Positions 19,171-29,171 of a stretch of DNA of 64,000 nt are shown piece by piece. Position numbers and translations under genes: made by a program. Numbering within the stretch: position 1 is the stretch's first letter; each line of letters opens with the position of its first letter. The DNA comes from Dehalococcoidia bacterium (lineage in GTDB: Bacteria > Chloroflexota > Dehalococcoidia > UBA2979): positions 736,001 through 800,000 of the forward strand of contig CAXXDN010000001.1 of the NCBI GenBank assembly GCA_963667465.2, given 5' to 3'. Below the pieces are notes generated by a model that saw only the letters and a program-made list of their open reading frames with translations, had not been told where the DNA came from and searched no databases.

Positions 19171-21171
19171 CTACACGTAGAGATCGAGGCGCTCCTTGCG
19201 GAGCCGGTCTCCGAACGTCTCGCGCAGCACGTCGAAGCGGTCGAGGTCCATCTCGCTGGCGAAGGTGATCGCCTTGCCCTCGCGGCCGGCGCGGCCCGTG
19301 CGGCCGGTGCGGTGCACGTACTCCTCGGCGTTGTCGGGCACGTCGTAGTTGACGACGTGCGTGATCTCCGGGATGTCGATGCCGCGGGCGGCGACGTTGG
19401 TGGCGATCAGGATGTCCAGCTCGCCATTGCGGAAGCGCCGCACCATGCGGTCGCGGCGGCGCTGGTCGAGGTCGCCGTGCAGTGCGCCGACGTTCACGCC
19501 GCGGCCCTGCAACTCGCGCGCGAGGAAATCGACGCCGCGCTTGGTGCGCGAGAAGACGAGCGTACGCCCTCGCAGCTCCCGCTCAATCAGCTCGCTCAGG
19601 CCGTTGACCTTGTCGCGCTGGGCGACCTCGAAGTAGATGTGCTCGATCGACTCGACCGTCTCGAGGTCCGAGGCGACGGCGACGCGTTCGGGGTTCTCCA
19701 TGTAGCGGCGGATCAGGCGCGTGACGGTGTGCGGCATCGTGGCGGAGAAGAGCGCCGTCTGCCGGCTGCGCGGGGTGCGGCCGAGGATGTGCGTGATGTC
19801 CGGCAGGAAGCCGATGTCCAGCATCTGGTCCGCCTCGTCGAGAACGGCGAGCCGCACCCGCCGCAGCGAGAGCGTGCCACGGCGCAGGTGGTCCTTGATG
19901 CGCCCCGGCGTGCCGACCACGATCTGCGGGCCCTGCTCCAGCGCGCGGAAGTCGCCCTCGAGGGCATGACCGCCGAGCAGCCCGATCGCCTGCATCCCGA
20001 AGGGGCGCGAGAGGTCGATGAGCACGCCGAGCACCTGCTGCGCCAGCTCGCGGGTGGGCACCAGCACGAGCCCCTGCACGTCGTTCTGCTCGGGGTCGAG
20101 CGAGTCCGCCATCGGGATGCCGAAGGCGAGCGTCTTGCCGGTGCCCGTCTGGGCGATGCCGACCACGTCCCGGCCTTCGAGCAGCACGGGAATCGAGCGC
20201 TCCTGTACCGGCGTCGGCTGCTCGAAGCCCATGCGCGCGACGGCCGTAAGCGAGCGCTCCGAGATGCCGAGGGCGGCGAACGCCTCCGGCAGTTCGAGGT
20301 CGGCGTCAGCCTCGGCCTCCGGCGTGGCTTCGGCCCGTGTGGCGTCGGGTGTCCTCGCTGTATTGCCGTTGGCCGACGGCGCGGCGGCCTCGGCGTCCTC
20401 GGCGGCCTCCTCGCGCTCGCCGCGCCTGCGCCCGCGCCCGCCGCGCCGCCCGCGGCGGCGGCGACCGCCCGAGGCGGTCTCCTCGGCGCCGGACGCATCG
20501 GCGGCCGAGTCGTCGGCGGTGTTGTCGTCGCCGGTGTTGTCGATGACGGCTTCCGGCGCTTCCTCCGGCTCGGCTGGAGCGTCGTCATCGTCGACGTCGT
20601 GGAACACCGGCAAGTTGCGCTTGCCGGTGACGAGGACTCGAGGGGTCGTGCGGGCGCCGGGCGGGGGGCGTCGCCGGCCGGGCAGGATGCTGCTGTCGCC
20701 GCCCTCGGCGGCGGGCCGGAAGGCCACGTCCTCGGGCAGCGGTGCATCGAGGTCGGCGCGCCGCCTGCCGCGGCGGTCGTAGCGACCGCGTCCGCCGTCG
20801 TCGCGTCTGCGTCCGCCGTCGTTGCGCCTGCGTTCGCCGTCGTTGCGCGTGCGTCCGCCGTCGTTGCGTCTGCGTTCGCCGTCGTTGCGCGTGCGTTCGC
20901 CGTCGTTGCGCGTGCGTTCGCCGTCGTTGCGCGTGCGTGTTGGTGCTTCTGCGGTGGGTGTGATGGGTCCTCCGTGTTGTTGGGTCTGCTGTTGGGACTG
21001 CGCGTTGTCGGAGCCGCCGCCCCGCCTGCGGCCGCGGCCGCCGCGCCGCCCGCGCCTGCGGCGTGAGCGTTTGCCGCTCGCGTCCTCGTCTGCGGGCGCG
21101 CTGCTGGATGACGCTTCGGGGTCGCGTTCGCCTCCGCCGATGAGGCCGCGGATGCGGCGCAGCAGGCTCAC
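19171..21171 (-). CDS. DEAD-box RNA helicase with long disordered N-terminus
   Basis: Q motif, [40 protein letters not shown]. Confidence 0.93.
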   Translation of the reverse strand: MSLLRRIRGLIGGGERDPEASSSSAPADEDASGKRSRRRRGRRGGRGRRRGGGSDNAQSQQQTQQHGGPITPTAEAPTRTRNDGERTRNDGERTRNDGERRRNDGGRTRNDGERRRNDGGRRRDDGGRGRYDRRGRRRADLDAPLPEDVAFRPAAEGGDSSILPGRRRPPPGARTTPRVLVTGKRNLPVFHDVDDDDAPAEPEEAPEAVIDNTGDDNTADDSAADASGAEETASGGRRRRGRRGGRGRRRGEREEAAEDAEAAAPSANGNTARTPDATRAEATPEAEADADLELPEAFAALGISERSLTAVARMGFEQPTPVQERSIPVLLEGRDVVGIAQTGTGKTLAFGIPMADSLDPEQNDVQGLVLVPTRELAQQVLGVLIDLSRPFGMQAIGLLGGHALEGDFRALEQGPQIVVGTPGRIKDHLRRGTLSLRRVRLAVLDEADQMLDIGFLPDITHILGRTPRSRQTALFSATMPHTVTRLIRRYMENPERVAVASDLETVESIEHIYFEVAQRDKVNGLSELIERELRGRTLVFSRTKRGVDFLARELQGRGVNVGALHGDLDQRRRDRMVRRFRNGELDILIATNVAARGIDIPEITHVVNYDVPDNAEEYVHRTGRTGRAGREGKAITFASEMDLDRFDVLRETFGDRLRKERLDLYV
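20791..20937 (-). repeat. 7 x 21-bp coding repeat R(T/R)RNDG(E/G)
   Basis: Seen in both DNA and translation. Confidence 0.88.
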
Positions 21172-21358
21172 GGGCGAGCGCCTGCGGTGGGCAGCGTCGC
21201 GCGAAGGGCGGCGCCGGGCCGCGCGAGGGCTGCCGCTGGTGTGAACGCCTCGGGTGCGGTGCCGGTGTGGTCCCCGTGGTGCAAGCCGACGGGCGACGCT
21301 GCGTGTTGCGTCATCGGGATGATGATACCAAGGAGCCGCCGGAGCCGCATCCGTGGCC

Positions 21359-22684
21359 TCAGCGCGGCGCTGACCGGCCCGCGAGCGGGGGCGCTCCGGC
21401 CCTCGCCGCGGCGTGCATCGCGGCGAAGTCCGCGCGCGCCCGCCGCATCAGCACGAAGAACAGCAACGCGCCCGCGAACACCACCACGCCGGCGTAGCGG
21501 AAGACCGACTCGAGGCCGAACAGCTCGACGACGCCGGCGCCGACGAGCGAGCCCGCGAGGAACCCGAGCGAGCTGCCCATTTGCGTCAACCCCATCACCG
21601 CGCCCATGCCGACGTTGCGGCCGACATCGACGAAGATCGCCTGCTGCGCCGGGAAGGCGATCGCCTCCGCGAGCCCGATCAGCAGGAAGATCGCGAGCAG
21701 CCAGGGCGCGATCACGAGCGTGCCGACCTCGAACGTCCCGACTGGCACGTTCGGGATCGCGAAGTGCCCGCCGGCCGAGAGCAGCAGTCCAACCATGACC
21801 AGCGTAAGCCGGCTCGTGCGATCGGCGAGGCGGCCGAACCAGGGCTGGAGCATGCCGCCGGCCAGCGCACGGCAGGCAAGCAGCAGGCCGACGAGAGTCG
21901 CGCTCTCCGTGCCCAGTCCGTCCTCGCTGATCACGTAGATCGCGAGGAAGGTCGCACCCGCACCCCAGCCGAGGGCGACGACGGCCTGCGCGGTGAAGGC
22001 AGCCTGGACCGGCGCGAAGCGCAGCAGCTGGACCCAGGAGCGCGTCGGCCCGCGGGCCGCGGGGTCAGTCGCTGCGGGCGTGTTCGCGGCCTCGTTGCTC
22101 TCGCCTGTTGCGACGGCGCTGTCCGGATCCACCTCCGAGGGCGGCAGTAGCAGAAAGGTGGCGATGCCGGTTCCGACGAGCAGCACCACGAGCGTCACAA
22201 AGGCCGCGTCCACGCCCGCGGCGTCGCGGATCAGGCCGCCCAGCAGGGGACCGGTGCCGAAGCCGATCACCTGCGAGACCGCGAAGGCTCCGACGTAGGC
22301 GCCCTCGCGGCCGGGCGGCGCGAGGCGGCCCACGTAGGCGAGCGCCATCGGGAAGATCGCGGCGGCGCCGACGCCGGAGAGCACGCGGAAGGCGACGACG
22401 TGCTCCCACCTCCCCGCGATCAGGTAGCCGGACGCCGCCAGCCCGTACAGCAGGAAGCCCCCGGCAACGAACGGCTTGAGCCCGAAGCGGTCACCGAGGC
22501 GGCCGACGATTGGCGAGAAGATCATCATCGGCACGGTCACGCCGGCGAAGGAAATCGCGACGGCGATCTCGGGACCGCCCAGGTCCTCGCGCACGAAGAC
22601 GGGCAGCAGCGGCGAGATCAGCGCGATGCCGATCATCGCGACGAACATGGCGAGCCAGAGCACGACGAACGGGCGCGTCCACAT
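21359..22684 (-). CDS. MFS transporter
   Basis: GRLGDRFG and GRLADR motif A; about 12 hydrophobic segments. Confidence 0.9.
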   Translation of the reverse strand: MWTRPFVVLWLAMFVAMIGIALISPLLPVFVREDLGGPEIAVAISFAGVTVPMMIFSPIVGRLGDRFGLKPFVAGGFLLYGLAASGYLIAGRWEHVVAFRVLSGVGAAAIFPMALAYVGRLAPPGREGAYVGAFAVSQVIGFGTGPLLGGLIRDAAGVDAAFVTLVVLLVGTGIATFLLLPPSEVDPDSAVATGESNEAANTPAATDPAARGPTRSWVQLLRFAPVQAAFTAQAVVALGWGAGATFLAIYVISEDGLGTESATLVGLLLACRALAGGMLQPWFGRLADRTSRLTLVMVGLLLSAGGHFAIPNVPVGTFEVGTLVIAPWLLAIFLLIGLAEAIAFPAQQAIFVDVGRNVGMGAVMGLTQMGSSLGFLAGSLVGAGVVELFGLESVFRYAGVVVFAGALLFFVLMRRARADFAAMHAAARAGAPPLAGRSAPR

Positions 22685-22769
22685 CGCCGGCAGGCCTCCT
22701 CGATCGCTTGCGGCCTCGCCGCACGTCGTCGCCCGGCGCGGCTCCGAGACGGGAGGAGCTGGACAAGTG

Positions 22770-23393
22770 GGAGCGCTGCTGCGACGACGTGTCACTCTGA
22801 TATTCGCGGGTTGCCCGAGGGCTTGCCGCATGACCGTGCTTTGCCGGGAGGGGTCGCCGTCTCACGTCGCGGGTTGACGGCGCCGGACGCCGTTGCCGCA
22901 AGGGTGAACCGCGCATCCTCCAGAGCCTGCCCGCGCTCATCCATCCTCTCCCTGCCTGAGCAGCGTAGCGCCGCCTCCGGCATCCGTGTGTGCTGTCCCG
23001 TCCGCTCGGGCCGCGGTGCACTGCCCGGCCTGCATGCTCAGTACCGTCCAGCTGTGGCTCGCCAGCTCACGCGCCACGGCGACGTTCGCCACCACAGCCG
23101 GCGTTGCAGCGCGAAGATCGTCGGACCCGCTTCGTAGCAGGCGACGAGTGGCCCCGCTGTATCGCGCAGCAGGTCCGCGCCAGGCGCTTCACTGCCCGCG
23201 GCTCGTTTGCCAACTGCCGCTCCTCGGGCCGCTCCGCCCCGGCGCCAGCACCGCGACCTGGATCGTTCGCGCGTGTGCAGCCATCCCCGCGTAATGTGGT
23301 AGTCATCGTCATGAACGGCTCCTTTGCATGCGGCTCTGCAGCCCTCGCGTCTGTAACCCGCGAGTTTGCGAACTCGGAGCCGGTCACTCCATA
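22770..23393 (-). mobile_element. Degenerate, internally deleted IS110-family element (ends approximate)
   Basis: Frameshifted YAGMAAHARTIQVAV and ACYEAGPT..ALQRRL joined directly to C-terminal ANVAVARELA..SW; non-coding tail retained. Confidence 0.7.
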
Positions 23394-23455
23394 CGGTCCA
23401 GCCCGCTCCCCAAGGGCGAGGGGACCGGAGGGGCGAGGCGCGAAGGGAACTGGCG

Positions 23456-24532
23456 ATGAACGATGTCAGGGCGATGGTGCTGACCGGGCCGAACCAGATG
23501 GAGCTGCAGCACTTCCCGCGACCCGAGACTGACGAGGACAGCGCGCTGCTGCGGATCGAGGCGTCCGGGATCTGCGGCACGGACTACGAGTCGCTGAGCG
23601 GCGAGTACTCGCGGGCCTACCCGGTGATCCTCGGCCACGAGCCACTGGGAGTGATCGAGGAGATTGGCGATCGCGCGGCCGCGCGCTGGGGCGTCGAGGC
23701 CGGCGATCGCGTGGTCGTGCAGCCGAACCACGGCTGTGGCGCATGCCGCCGCTGCAACGACGGCGCGCGCTGCAACCTCGTCGACGGCGGCTACGGCTCG
23801 ACGCCTGTGGCCGTCGAGCCCTCGCTGTGGGGCGGCTTCGCCGAGTACATGTACCTCGCGCGGGGCTCGAAGCTGCACAAGGTGCCGGACGGGCTGCCGC
23901 TCCAGCTCGCGGCGCTGACGAACCCGATCGCCGCCGGCTTCGGCTGGGCCGTCCGTGCGGGTGGGCTGCAGGCCGGCGACCGGATCGCGATCCTCGGCGC
24001 GGGCCAGCGTGGCCTCGCCTCGACGGTCGCGGCGAGTTACTCGGGCGCGGACTTCATCGCCGTCACCGGCCTCGCGCGCGACGAGCACAAGCTCGCGCTC
24101 GCGCGCCAGCTCGGCGCGCACGCGACGATCAACGTCGACGCCGAGGACCCCGTCGACGCCGTGCTCGAGCGCACGGATGGCGAGGGTGTCGATGTCGTCG
24201 TGGACCTCACGCCGTACGCGACGCAGCCGGTGGCGCAGGGCATCGAGCTGCTGCGCCCGGGCGGGACGATGGTGCTGGCCGGACTGAAGGGCACGCACCG
24301 CGTCGCCGAGTTCGACTCGGACTCGATCATCCGCCATGAGGCGAACGTGCGCGGCGTGCGCGGCGTCCCTCGCGACTCGTTCGTCCGCGCCTTGCGGCTG
24401 ATCGCCTCGGGCCGCTACCCGCTGGAGCGGATGCACACGCACGAATTCCCCCTCGAGGAGGTCGAGCGCGGGATCCGCACGCTCTCCGGCGAAACCGGCG
24501 AGCCCGCGATCTCGATCACGGTGGAGCCGTAG
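23456..24532 (+). CDS. Zinc-binding alcohol dehydrogenase (MDR family)
   Basis: GICGTD, GHE, CGACRRC...C, GAGQRG. Confidence 0.9.
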   Translation: MNDVRAMVLTGPNQMELQHFPRPETDEDSALLRIEASGICGTDYESLSGEYSRAYPVILGHEPLGVIEEIGDRAAARWGVEAGDRVVVQPNHGCGACRRCNDGARCNLVDGGYGSTPVAVEPSLWGGFAEYMYLARGSKLHKVPDGLPLQLAALTNPIAAGFGWAVRAGGLQAGDRIAILGAGQRGLASTVAASYSGADFIAVTGLARDEHKLALARQLGAHATINVDAEDPVDAVLERTDGEGVDVVVDLTPYATQPVAQGIELLRPGGTMVLAGLKGTHRVAEFDSDSIIRHEANVRGVRGVPRDSFVRALRLIASGRYPLERMHTHEFPLEEVERGIRTLSGETGEPAISITVEP

Positions 24533-24967
24533 GTGAGCGGGGCGACGGACGAGGCCGAACGCGCCGCGATCGAGGCCTACCGCGCGTGGCAGGACGCGTT
24601 CAACGCGCGCGATGTCGAGGGCATGCTCGCGCGCATGCACTTCCCGCACGTGCGCCTCGCCGGCGCGAGCCTGCACACCTGGGATTCGGGCGAGGACTTC
24701 GCGGCTGGCCAGGAGCGCATGACGGCGCAACTCGCGGCGGAGGGCTGGGCGCGGACCGATAACGTCTCAGCCGAGGTCGTCCACGCCTCGGAGGACAAGG
24801 TGCACCTCTCGCTGCGCAACGCGCGCGTCGGTGCGGACGGCACTGTCTACCACGCCTTCGATGCGCTCTGGATCTTCACGCTGATTGATGGGCGCTGGGG
24901 CGTGCAGTTCCGCTCGTCATACATCGAGGGCGTCGTGCACGCCCTCGGCGCGGCCTCGATCGGCTGA
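24533..24967 (+). CDS. NTF2/SnoaL-like protein
   Basis: AFNARD...MHFPHVRL...GRWGVQFRSS. Confidence 0.75.
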   Translation: MSGATDEAERAAIEAYRAWQDAFNARDVEGMLARMHFPHVRLAGASLHTWDSGEDFAAGQERMTAQLAAEGWARTDNVSAEVVHASEDKVHLSLRNARVGADGTVYHAFDALWIFTLIDGRWGVQFRSSYIEGVVHALGAASIG

Positions 24968-24984
24968 GCCGCGCCGCCGTCCGC

Positions 24985-25413
24985 GCTCCACAGCGCCGAG
25001 TCGACGACCAGCCCGACCGTATTGCTGCCGACGATCGCGAGCAGCCGCGAGTGCTGCCGGATGCGCCCGTAGCCGACCGCGCCGGAGAACTCTGAGACGG
25101 CGAACGCGGCTGCCGAGGCGATCGCGATCCTCGCGATCAGGTCGCTGTCCTGCCGGACCGCGAGGATGTAGCTGAGGATGCCGCCGATCGCGATCGCGAT
25201 CAGCGCGCCCTTGAACCCGAGCCGCTACCGCAAGCCGTCGCGGAAGGTGAAAGTGAGCCCCATGAGGTAGACGCTCGCCGGAGCGTCCAGCCCGAAGCCG
25301 ATGGAGACGACGCCGTAGGTCAGCAGCGACCAGTTCGCCCCCACCGCCGTGATCACGAAGGCGACGAGGAAGGCGATTCCGATCGTCCTGTCGGCGATCC
25401 TCGAGGGTGGAAC
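24985..25413 (-). pseudogene. VUT-family (YhhQ-like) membrane transporter pseudogene
   Basis: My translation: ANW...GFGLDAPASVYLMGLTFTFRD..*RLG...RIAIASAAAFAVSE...SNTVGLVVDS; in-frame TAG at 25225-25227, no in-frame start, 3' truncated. Confidence 0.7.
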
Positions 25414-25493
25414 TCACGACGCGGTCTCAGCTCGGCTGCGATCGGGGTTCCCTGGTTTCGTCCGCTCCTCAGTGCTCGCCGGGGCGACTGAGG

Positions 25494-26285
25494 TCAGCCG
25501 CGGCTCCGACCCTGACCTTGCTCCAGCCGCCCAAGGAAGTTGCGCAGCAGCACGTTGACCTGCTCCGGCGCCTCGAGCTGCGGGAAGTGCCCGCAGCCGA
25601 TCACCCACGCCTGCTCGGCGTGCGGGAGCAGGTCGCGCAGGAAGCTCAGGCTTGGGCGCGTCGAGTTGATCCACAGCGTCGGCTGCTCGATGCGGCGCAG
25701 CAGCGCGGCGTGGCTGAACTGCGTCGAGCCTACGCGGTTGGCCATCGCCACGTGGCGAGGCGTGCGCGCCGCCTCGGTGGCCCAGCCGCGCACCCTGTCC
25801 TGGTCGACGTGCGGACCGAAGAAGGCCTCGTAGCGCTGGGCCAGGACCTGCTCGTAGCCCTCGTCCTCGGTCGGGAGCTGGCCGACGCGGCCGCGGCGCT
25901 CGCGCAGCGGCCGCAGGTCCGGGCCCCAGTCGATGACGACGATGGCGCTGATCAGTTGCGGGTGGCGCGCCGCGAGCTGGAGCGTCGCCGGTGTCCCGCC
26001 GGCGTGGCCGATCGCGACGAGGTCGCGCAGCCCGAGCGCCTCGATCAGGCCCGCGATCTCGTCGGCCTGGTCGCGCGGGTCGTAGCCGCCTGGGGGGGCG
26101 TCGGAGCGCCCGTCGCCACGCCGGTCGACGCGCAGCACGCGGTGCGTACGCGCGAAGGCGCGTGCCTGCGGCTCCCAGTGCCCGGTGTTGCCGCACCAGC
26201 CGTGGATGAAGACCAGCCCCTGCTCGCCCGACCCCGCGAGGCGGTAGTGCAGCCGGGTTCCGTCCGGCGACTCATGGAACGGCAT
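25494..26285 (-). CDS. Alpha/beta-hydrolase fold protein (nucleophile position Ala)
   Basis: FIHGW, DRRGDGRSD, GHAGG, CGHFPQLEAPEQVN. Confidence 0.85.
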   Translation of the reverse strand: MPFHESPDGTRLHYRLAGSGEQGLVFIHGWCGNTGHWEPQARAFARTHRVLRVDRRGDGRSDAPPGGYDPRDQADEIAGLIEALGLRDLVAIGHAGGTPATLQLAARHPQLISAIVVIDWGPDLRPLRERRGRVGQLPTEDEGYEQVLAQRYEAFFGPHVDQDRVRGWATEAARTPRHVAMANRVGSTQFSHAALLRRIEQPTLWINSTRPSLSFLRDLLPHAEQAWVIGCGHFPQLEAPEQVNVLLRNFLGRLEQGQGRSRG

Positions 26286-26302
26286 CGCTCGCGCCCGCCC
26301 TG

Positions 26303-27094
26303 CTACCCGGAGTGGAAGCGCACGCCGAGCAGCCTCTCCGCCTCGGCCGCCGCGTCCCCACCCGCGAGGTCTGTCGAGCCATCGGAAGCAGCGATCGTGC
26401 AGTCGCGGATCACGGGTGCGCCTTCGATAGCCTCGTTGCGCAGCTCCAGCCGCACGCCGCCTGCCATCGTCAGCGTCGCCTCGCCGTCGCGGATCGCGGG
26501 CGGATCGAGGCCGAGCACGCGCGCCCAGCCCTCGGCGGCGGCGGCGACATCTGCCACGGCGAAGCCGATCGAGGCGAGCTGCGGTGCGTCCGCTGCCGCA
26601 TCCGGCGTTGCGCTGCCGCCCGGCGCCGCGCGCCCGGGCAGGATCTCGAGGTAGGCGCCGAGCTCCTCGCGCGCGTCGCCGTAGCCGTAGGACGCACCGC
26701 CCCCGGTGCGTCCCGTCTGCACGGTCGGGTAGCCGAGTGTGGCGAGCGCCTCGAGGGTGGCTGCGGAGTCGGAGACGGCGAACGCCAGGTAGCACGGGCC
26801 CGGCCCGAGGGTGTCGAGGTGGTCGCTCCAGGGGCTGGGGCCGCCGTTGGGCGCCATCAGGTTGACACTGGCAGTGGCGAGGCTGAACCAGGCGGCGTAG
26901 GTGCCACCGCCGATCAGCTCGCCTCGGTAGCGCACGCCGCGCGCGCGCATGCCTTCGCCATGGTTGTCGCGGATCTGCGGGACGGGCAGGCGGGTCAGCG
27001 CGGAGAACGCCCCGGCGGCCTCGGGCGCGGCGGCGACGACGATCCCGAGGTGGTCGAGCGCCCCGATGCCGGTAGCGGTCACGGCAAACCCCAT
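26303..27094 (-). CDS. VOC/glyoxalase superfamily protein
   Basis: LDHLGIVV, P..GPSPW..HL...GPG..YLAF.V, LG.YLEI. Confidence 0.7.
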   Translation of the reverse strand: MGFAVTATGIGALDHLGIVVAAAPEAAGAFSALTRLPVPQIRDNHGEGMRARGVRYRGELIGGGTYAAWFSLATASVNLMAPNGGPSPWSDHLDTLGPGPCYLAFAVSDSAATLEALATLGYPTVQTGRTGGGASYGYGDAREELGAYLEILPGRAAPGGSATPDAAADAPQLASIGFAVADVAAAAEGWARVLGLDPPAIRDGEATLTMAGGVRLELRNEAIEGAPVIRDCTIAASDGSTDLAGGDAAAEAERLLGVRFHSG

Positions 27095-27261
27095 CGTTGC
27101 GTGCGGATCGCTCCGCGCGCGCGATGCTACAACGTTCGTCGCCGACTGGTCGGGAGCCGCTCCCGTCGCCGGGGCCGACGCCTGCCTCGGGCAGGCCCGA
27201 CACCGAACGGAAGGGCTATGCCGGCGACCGCGTCCTCGCGGCCGCCGGCCGGTGTCGAAGG

Positions 27262-27546
27262 CTAGCTGTCGACGCGGTCGCGGAGGGCGCGCGCCGCCTT
27301 GAAGGCCGGGACGGTCTTCGCGGCGATCATCACGGACTCGCCGGTCGCCGGGTTGCGGCCCTCGCGCGCGGCGCGCTCACGCGCCTCGAACTTGCCGAAG
27401 CCGGCGATGGTTACGGCATCGCCGCCCGCGAGCGCGCCCGCGATCAGGCCGTCGCCGCCGAAGATCGCGTCCACGGCGGCCGCTGCGTTTGCCTGCGTCA
27501 GGCCGGTCTGGTCCGCGACCTCCTGCGCCAGATCTGACTTGTTCAT
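27262..27546 (-). CDS. hup: HU family DNA-binding protein
   Basis: MNKSDL, GFGKF, RAAREGRNPATGE, PAFKA. Confidence 0.95.
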   Translation of the reverse strand: MNKSDLAQEVADQTGLTQANAAAAVDAIFGGDGLIAGALAGGDAVTIAGFGKFEARERAAREGRNPATGESVMIAAKTVPAFKAARALRDRVDS

Positions 27547-27782
27547 GCCTCGCTCCTGTCCTGCCCCAACGGGCTACCGATGTGCGGTGGTTCACCCCGC
27601 TGCCGCTAGCCTAGCGTCACTCGCGAGTTTGTGCGAGTGGGTATGCGGGTGATCAGTGTGGCGATCTGCCAACGACAGATGCACAAATCCGCGCTTCGGG
27701 CCGCGAACCTGAGCGGCGGGGGTGGTAACGTGTGCCCTCAGAGCGGCGGAAGCATGCGTCGCGTTGACGGAGGTCTCGCCAG

Positions 27783-28388
27783 ATGACGTTCGTGATCACG
27801 CAGCCCTGCATCGACGTGCAGGACCAGTCGTGCGTCGAGGTTTGCCCGGTCGACTGCATCCACTACGACGAAGACTCGGACCGGATGCTCTACATCGAGC
27901 CGGAGGTCTGCATCGACTGCGGCGCCTGCGAGCCGGCCTGTCCGGTGAGCGCCATCTTCGCCGAGGCCGACGTGCCCGAGGACCAGGAGCACTTCCTCGA
28001 GATCAACGCGCTCTGGTTCGAAGACGCCGCCGCCGCGCGAGCGAAGGTGGTGGACATCCCGGCGCTCGAAGAGGCTGTCGCCGCGGCCGCTGCCAGCGCC
28101 CCGGCAGCCGAAGAAGCCGCGGAGGCTCCCGCTGCCGTCCCGGCAGCCGAGGCTGCTGCTCCGGCCGCCGCGCCGGAGGAGGCCGCCGAAGCAGCCATCG
28201 AGGAGCCCTCGCGCGGCGCCTACAAGTACGGCGACGGTGGCAACATCGAGGGCAAGTGCGCGCTCTGCGGTACCTACGTGATCCGCGGCGGCACGATGTT
28301 CCGGGAGAAGTCCGTGCTCTGCGCCGACTGCGCCCCCAGGGGCGAGCGCATGCCCGACCCCTACCGCAAGCGCGCCGGCGTCCGCTAG
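27783..28388 (+). CDS. 7Fe-type ferredoxin fused to a C-terminal four-Cys domain
   Basis: CIDVQDQSCVEVCPVDC and CIDCGACEPACP; A/E/P linker; CALC...CADC. Confidence 0.85.
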   Translation: MTFVITQPCIDVQDQSCVEVCPVDCIHYDEDSDRMLYIEPEVCIDCGACEPACPVSAIFAEADVPEDQEHFLEINALWFEDAAAARAKVVDIPALEEAVAAAAASAPAAEEAAEAPAAVPAAEAAAPAAAPEEAAEAAIEEPSRGAYKYGDGGNIEGKCALCGTYVIRGGTMFREKSVLCADCAPRGERMPDPYRKRAGVR

Positions 28389-28813
28389 CCGCTACCCATC
28401 ACCGCACGCGCGCACGGCAGCGAGCGCCTGAGGCTCGCGAAGCGCCACTCGCCGTCCTCGCGGCGCAGCTCCGCGTCGCCGAGCGCGAGCCAGGCGATCG
28501 CCGGACTGCCAGCCTCCGCGGCTCCGAGGTCGAAGCCGAGCAGGTAGCAGCGGACCCGCACGTTTGCCGCGTCGCCTTCGAGGATGACGTTGTTCGTCCA
28601 GTGCTGGCTGCCGTGCACGTTCGCGGCCTCGTGCGCGCGGACGAAGGCGGCGATCGCCTCGCGGCCCTCGAAACGGCCGTGCGGCGGGATGTCGAGCACG
28701 CCGTTCGTAGTGAAGCCGCCGGCGACCGCGTCGCCGTCGCCGCTGTCGAGGCCTCGCAAGCCGCGCGCGAGCAGCCCGAGGATCGCGAGCCGGTCGGCGC
28801 CGGGGAGCGTCAT
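28385..28813 (-). CDS. SnoaL-like (NTF2) protein
   Basis: DRLAI, FTTNG, EGREAI, QHW..N, LRREDGEWRF. Confidence 0.8.
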   Translation of the reverse strand: MTLPGADRLAILGLLARGLRGLDSGDGDAVAGGFTTNGVLDIPPHGRFEGREAIAAFVRAHEAANVHGSQHWTNNVILEGDAANVRVRCYLLGFDLGAAEAGSPAIAWLALGDAELRREDGEWRFASLRRSLPCARAVMGSG

Positions 28814-28917
28814 GCCGTCACGCTCTTCTGGCCCCGCGCTGCGCGCGGGCACCCCTTCACCCGCCCCCGCGAGGGAACTCTTGCAGGACTTCCTTGCGGC
28901 GCTCTGGCTTCCGGAGT

Positions 28918-29120
28918 CCCCCTCACCCTAACCCTCTCCCGCCAGGGGAGAGGGGATCGGAGGGGCGCCCCTCGATGCGCGTCGGTCCGGCTGCGGATCC
29001 GGCGGGGGCGTGGGGGCGGAGCCCCCACATGAAGGAAATCCGAGGGTGGGTGGGTGGGCCGGAGCGGCGCGCAGCGCACGCTCGTCCGGGATGGGGTGTG
29101 GGGCGCAGCCCCCGCAGGCA
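28918..29120. repeat. Mosaic REP/BIME-like intergenic element
   Basis: REP at 28918-28954; 29007-29116 is a reverse-complement homolog of ~12630-12737. Confidence 0.8.
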
Positions 29121-29171
29121 ACGCGCGCGCCTGGCATCGAGTGCTCGTTGCCCCTCAGGGAACGGGGCAGG

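Noticed and set aside
25225-25227. Pyrrolysine or readthrough recoding of the in-frame TAG
   Set aside because: The gene also lacks an in-frame start and its 3' end; no pyl genes in the window.
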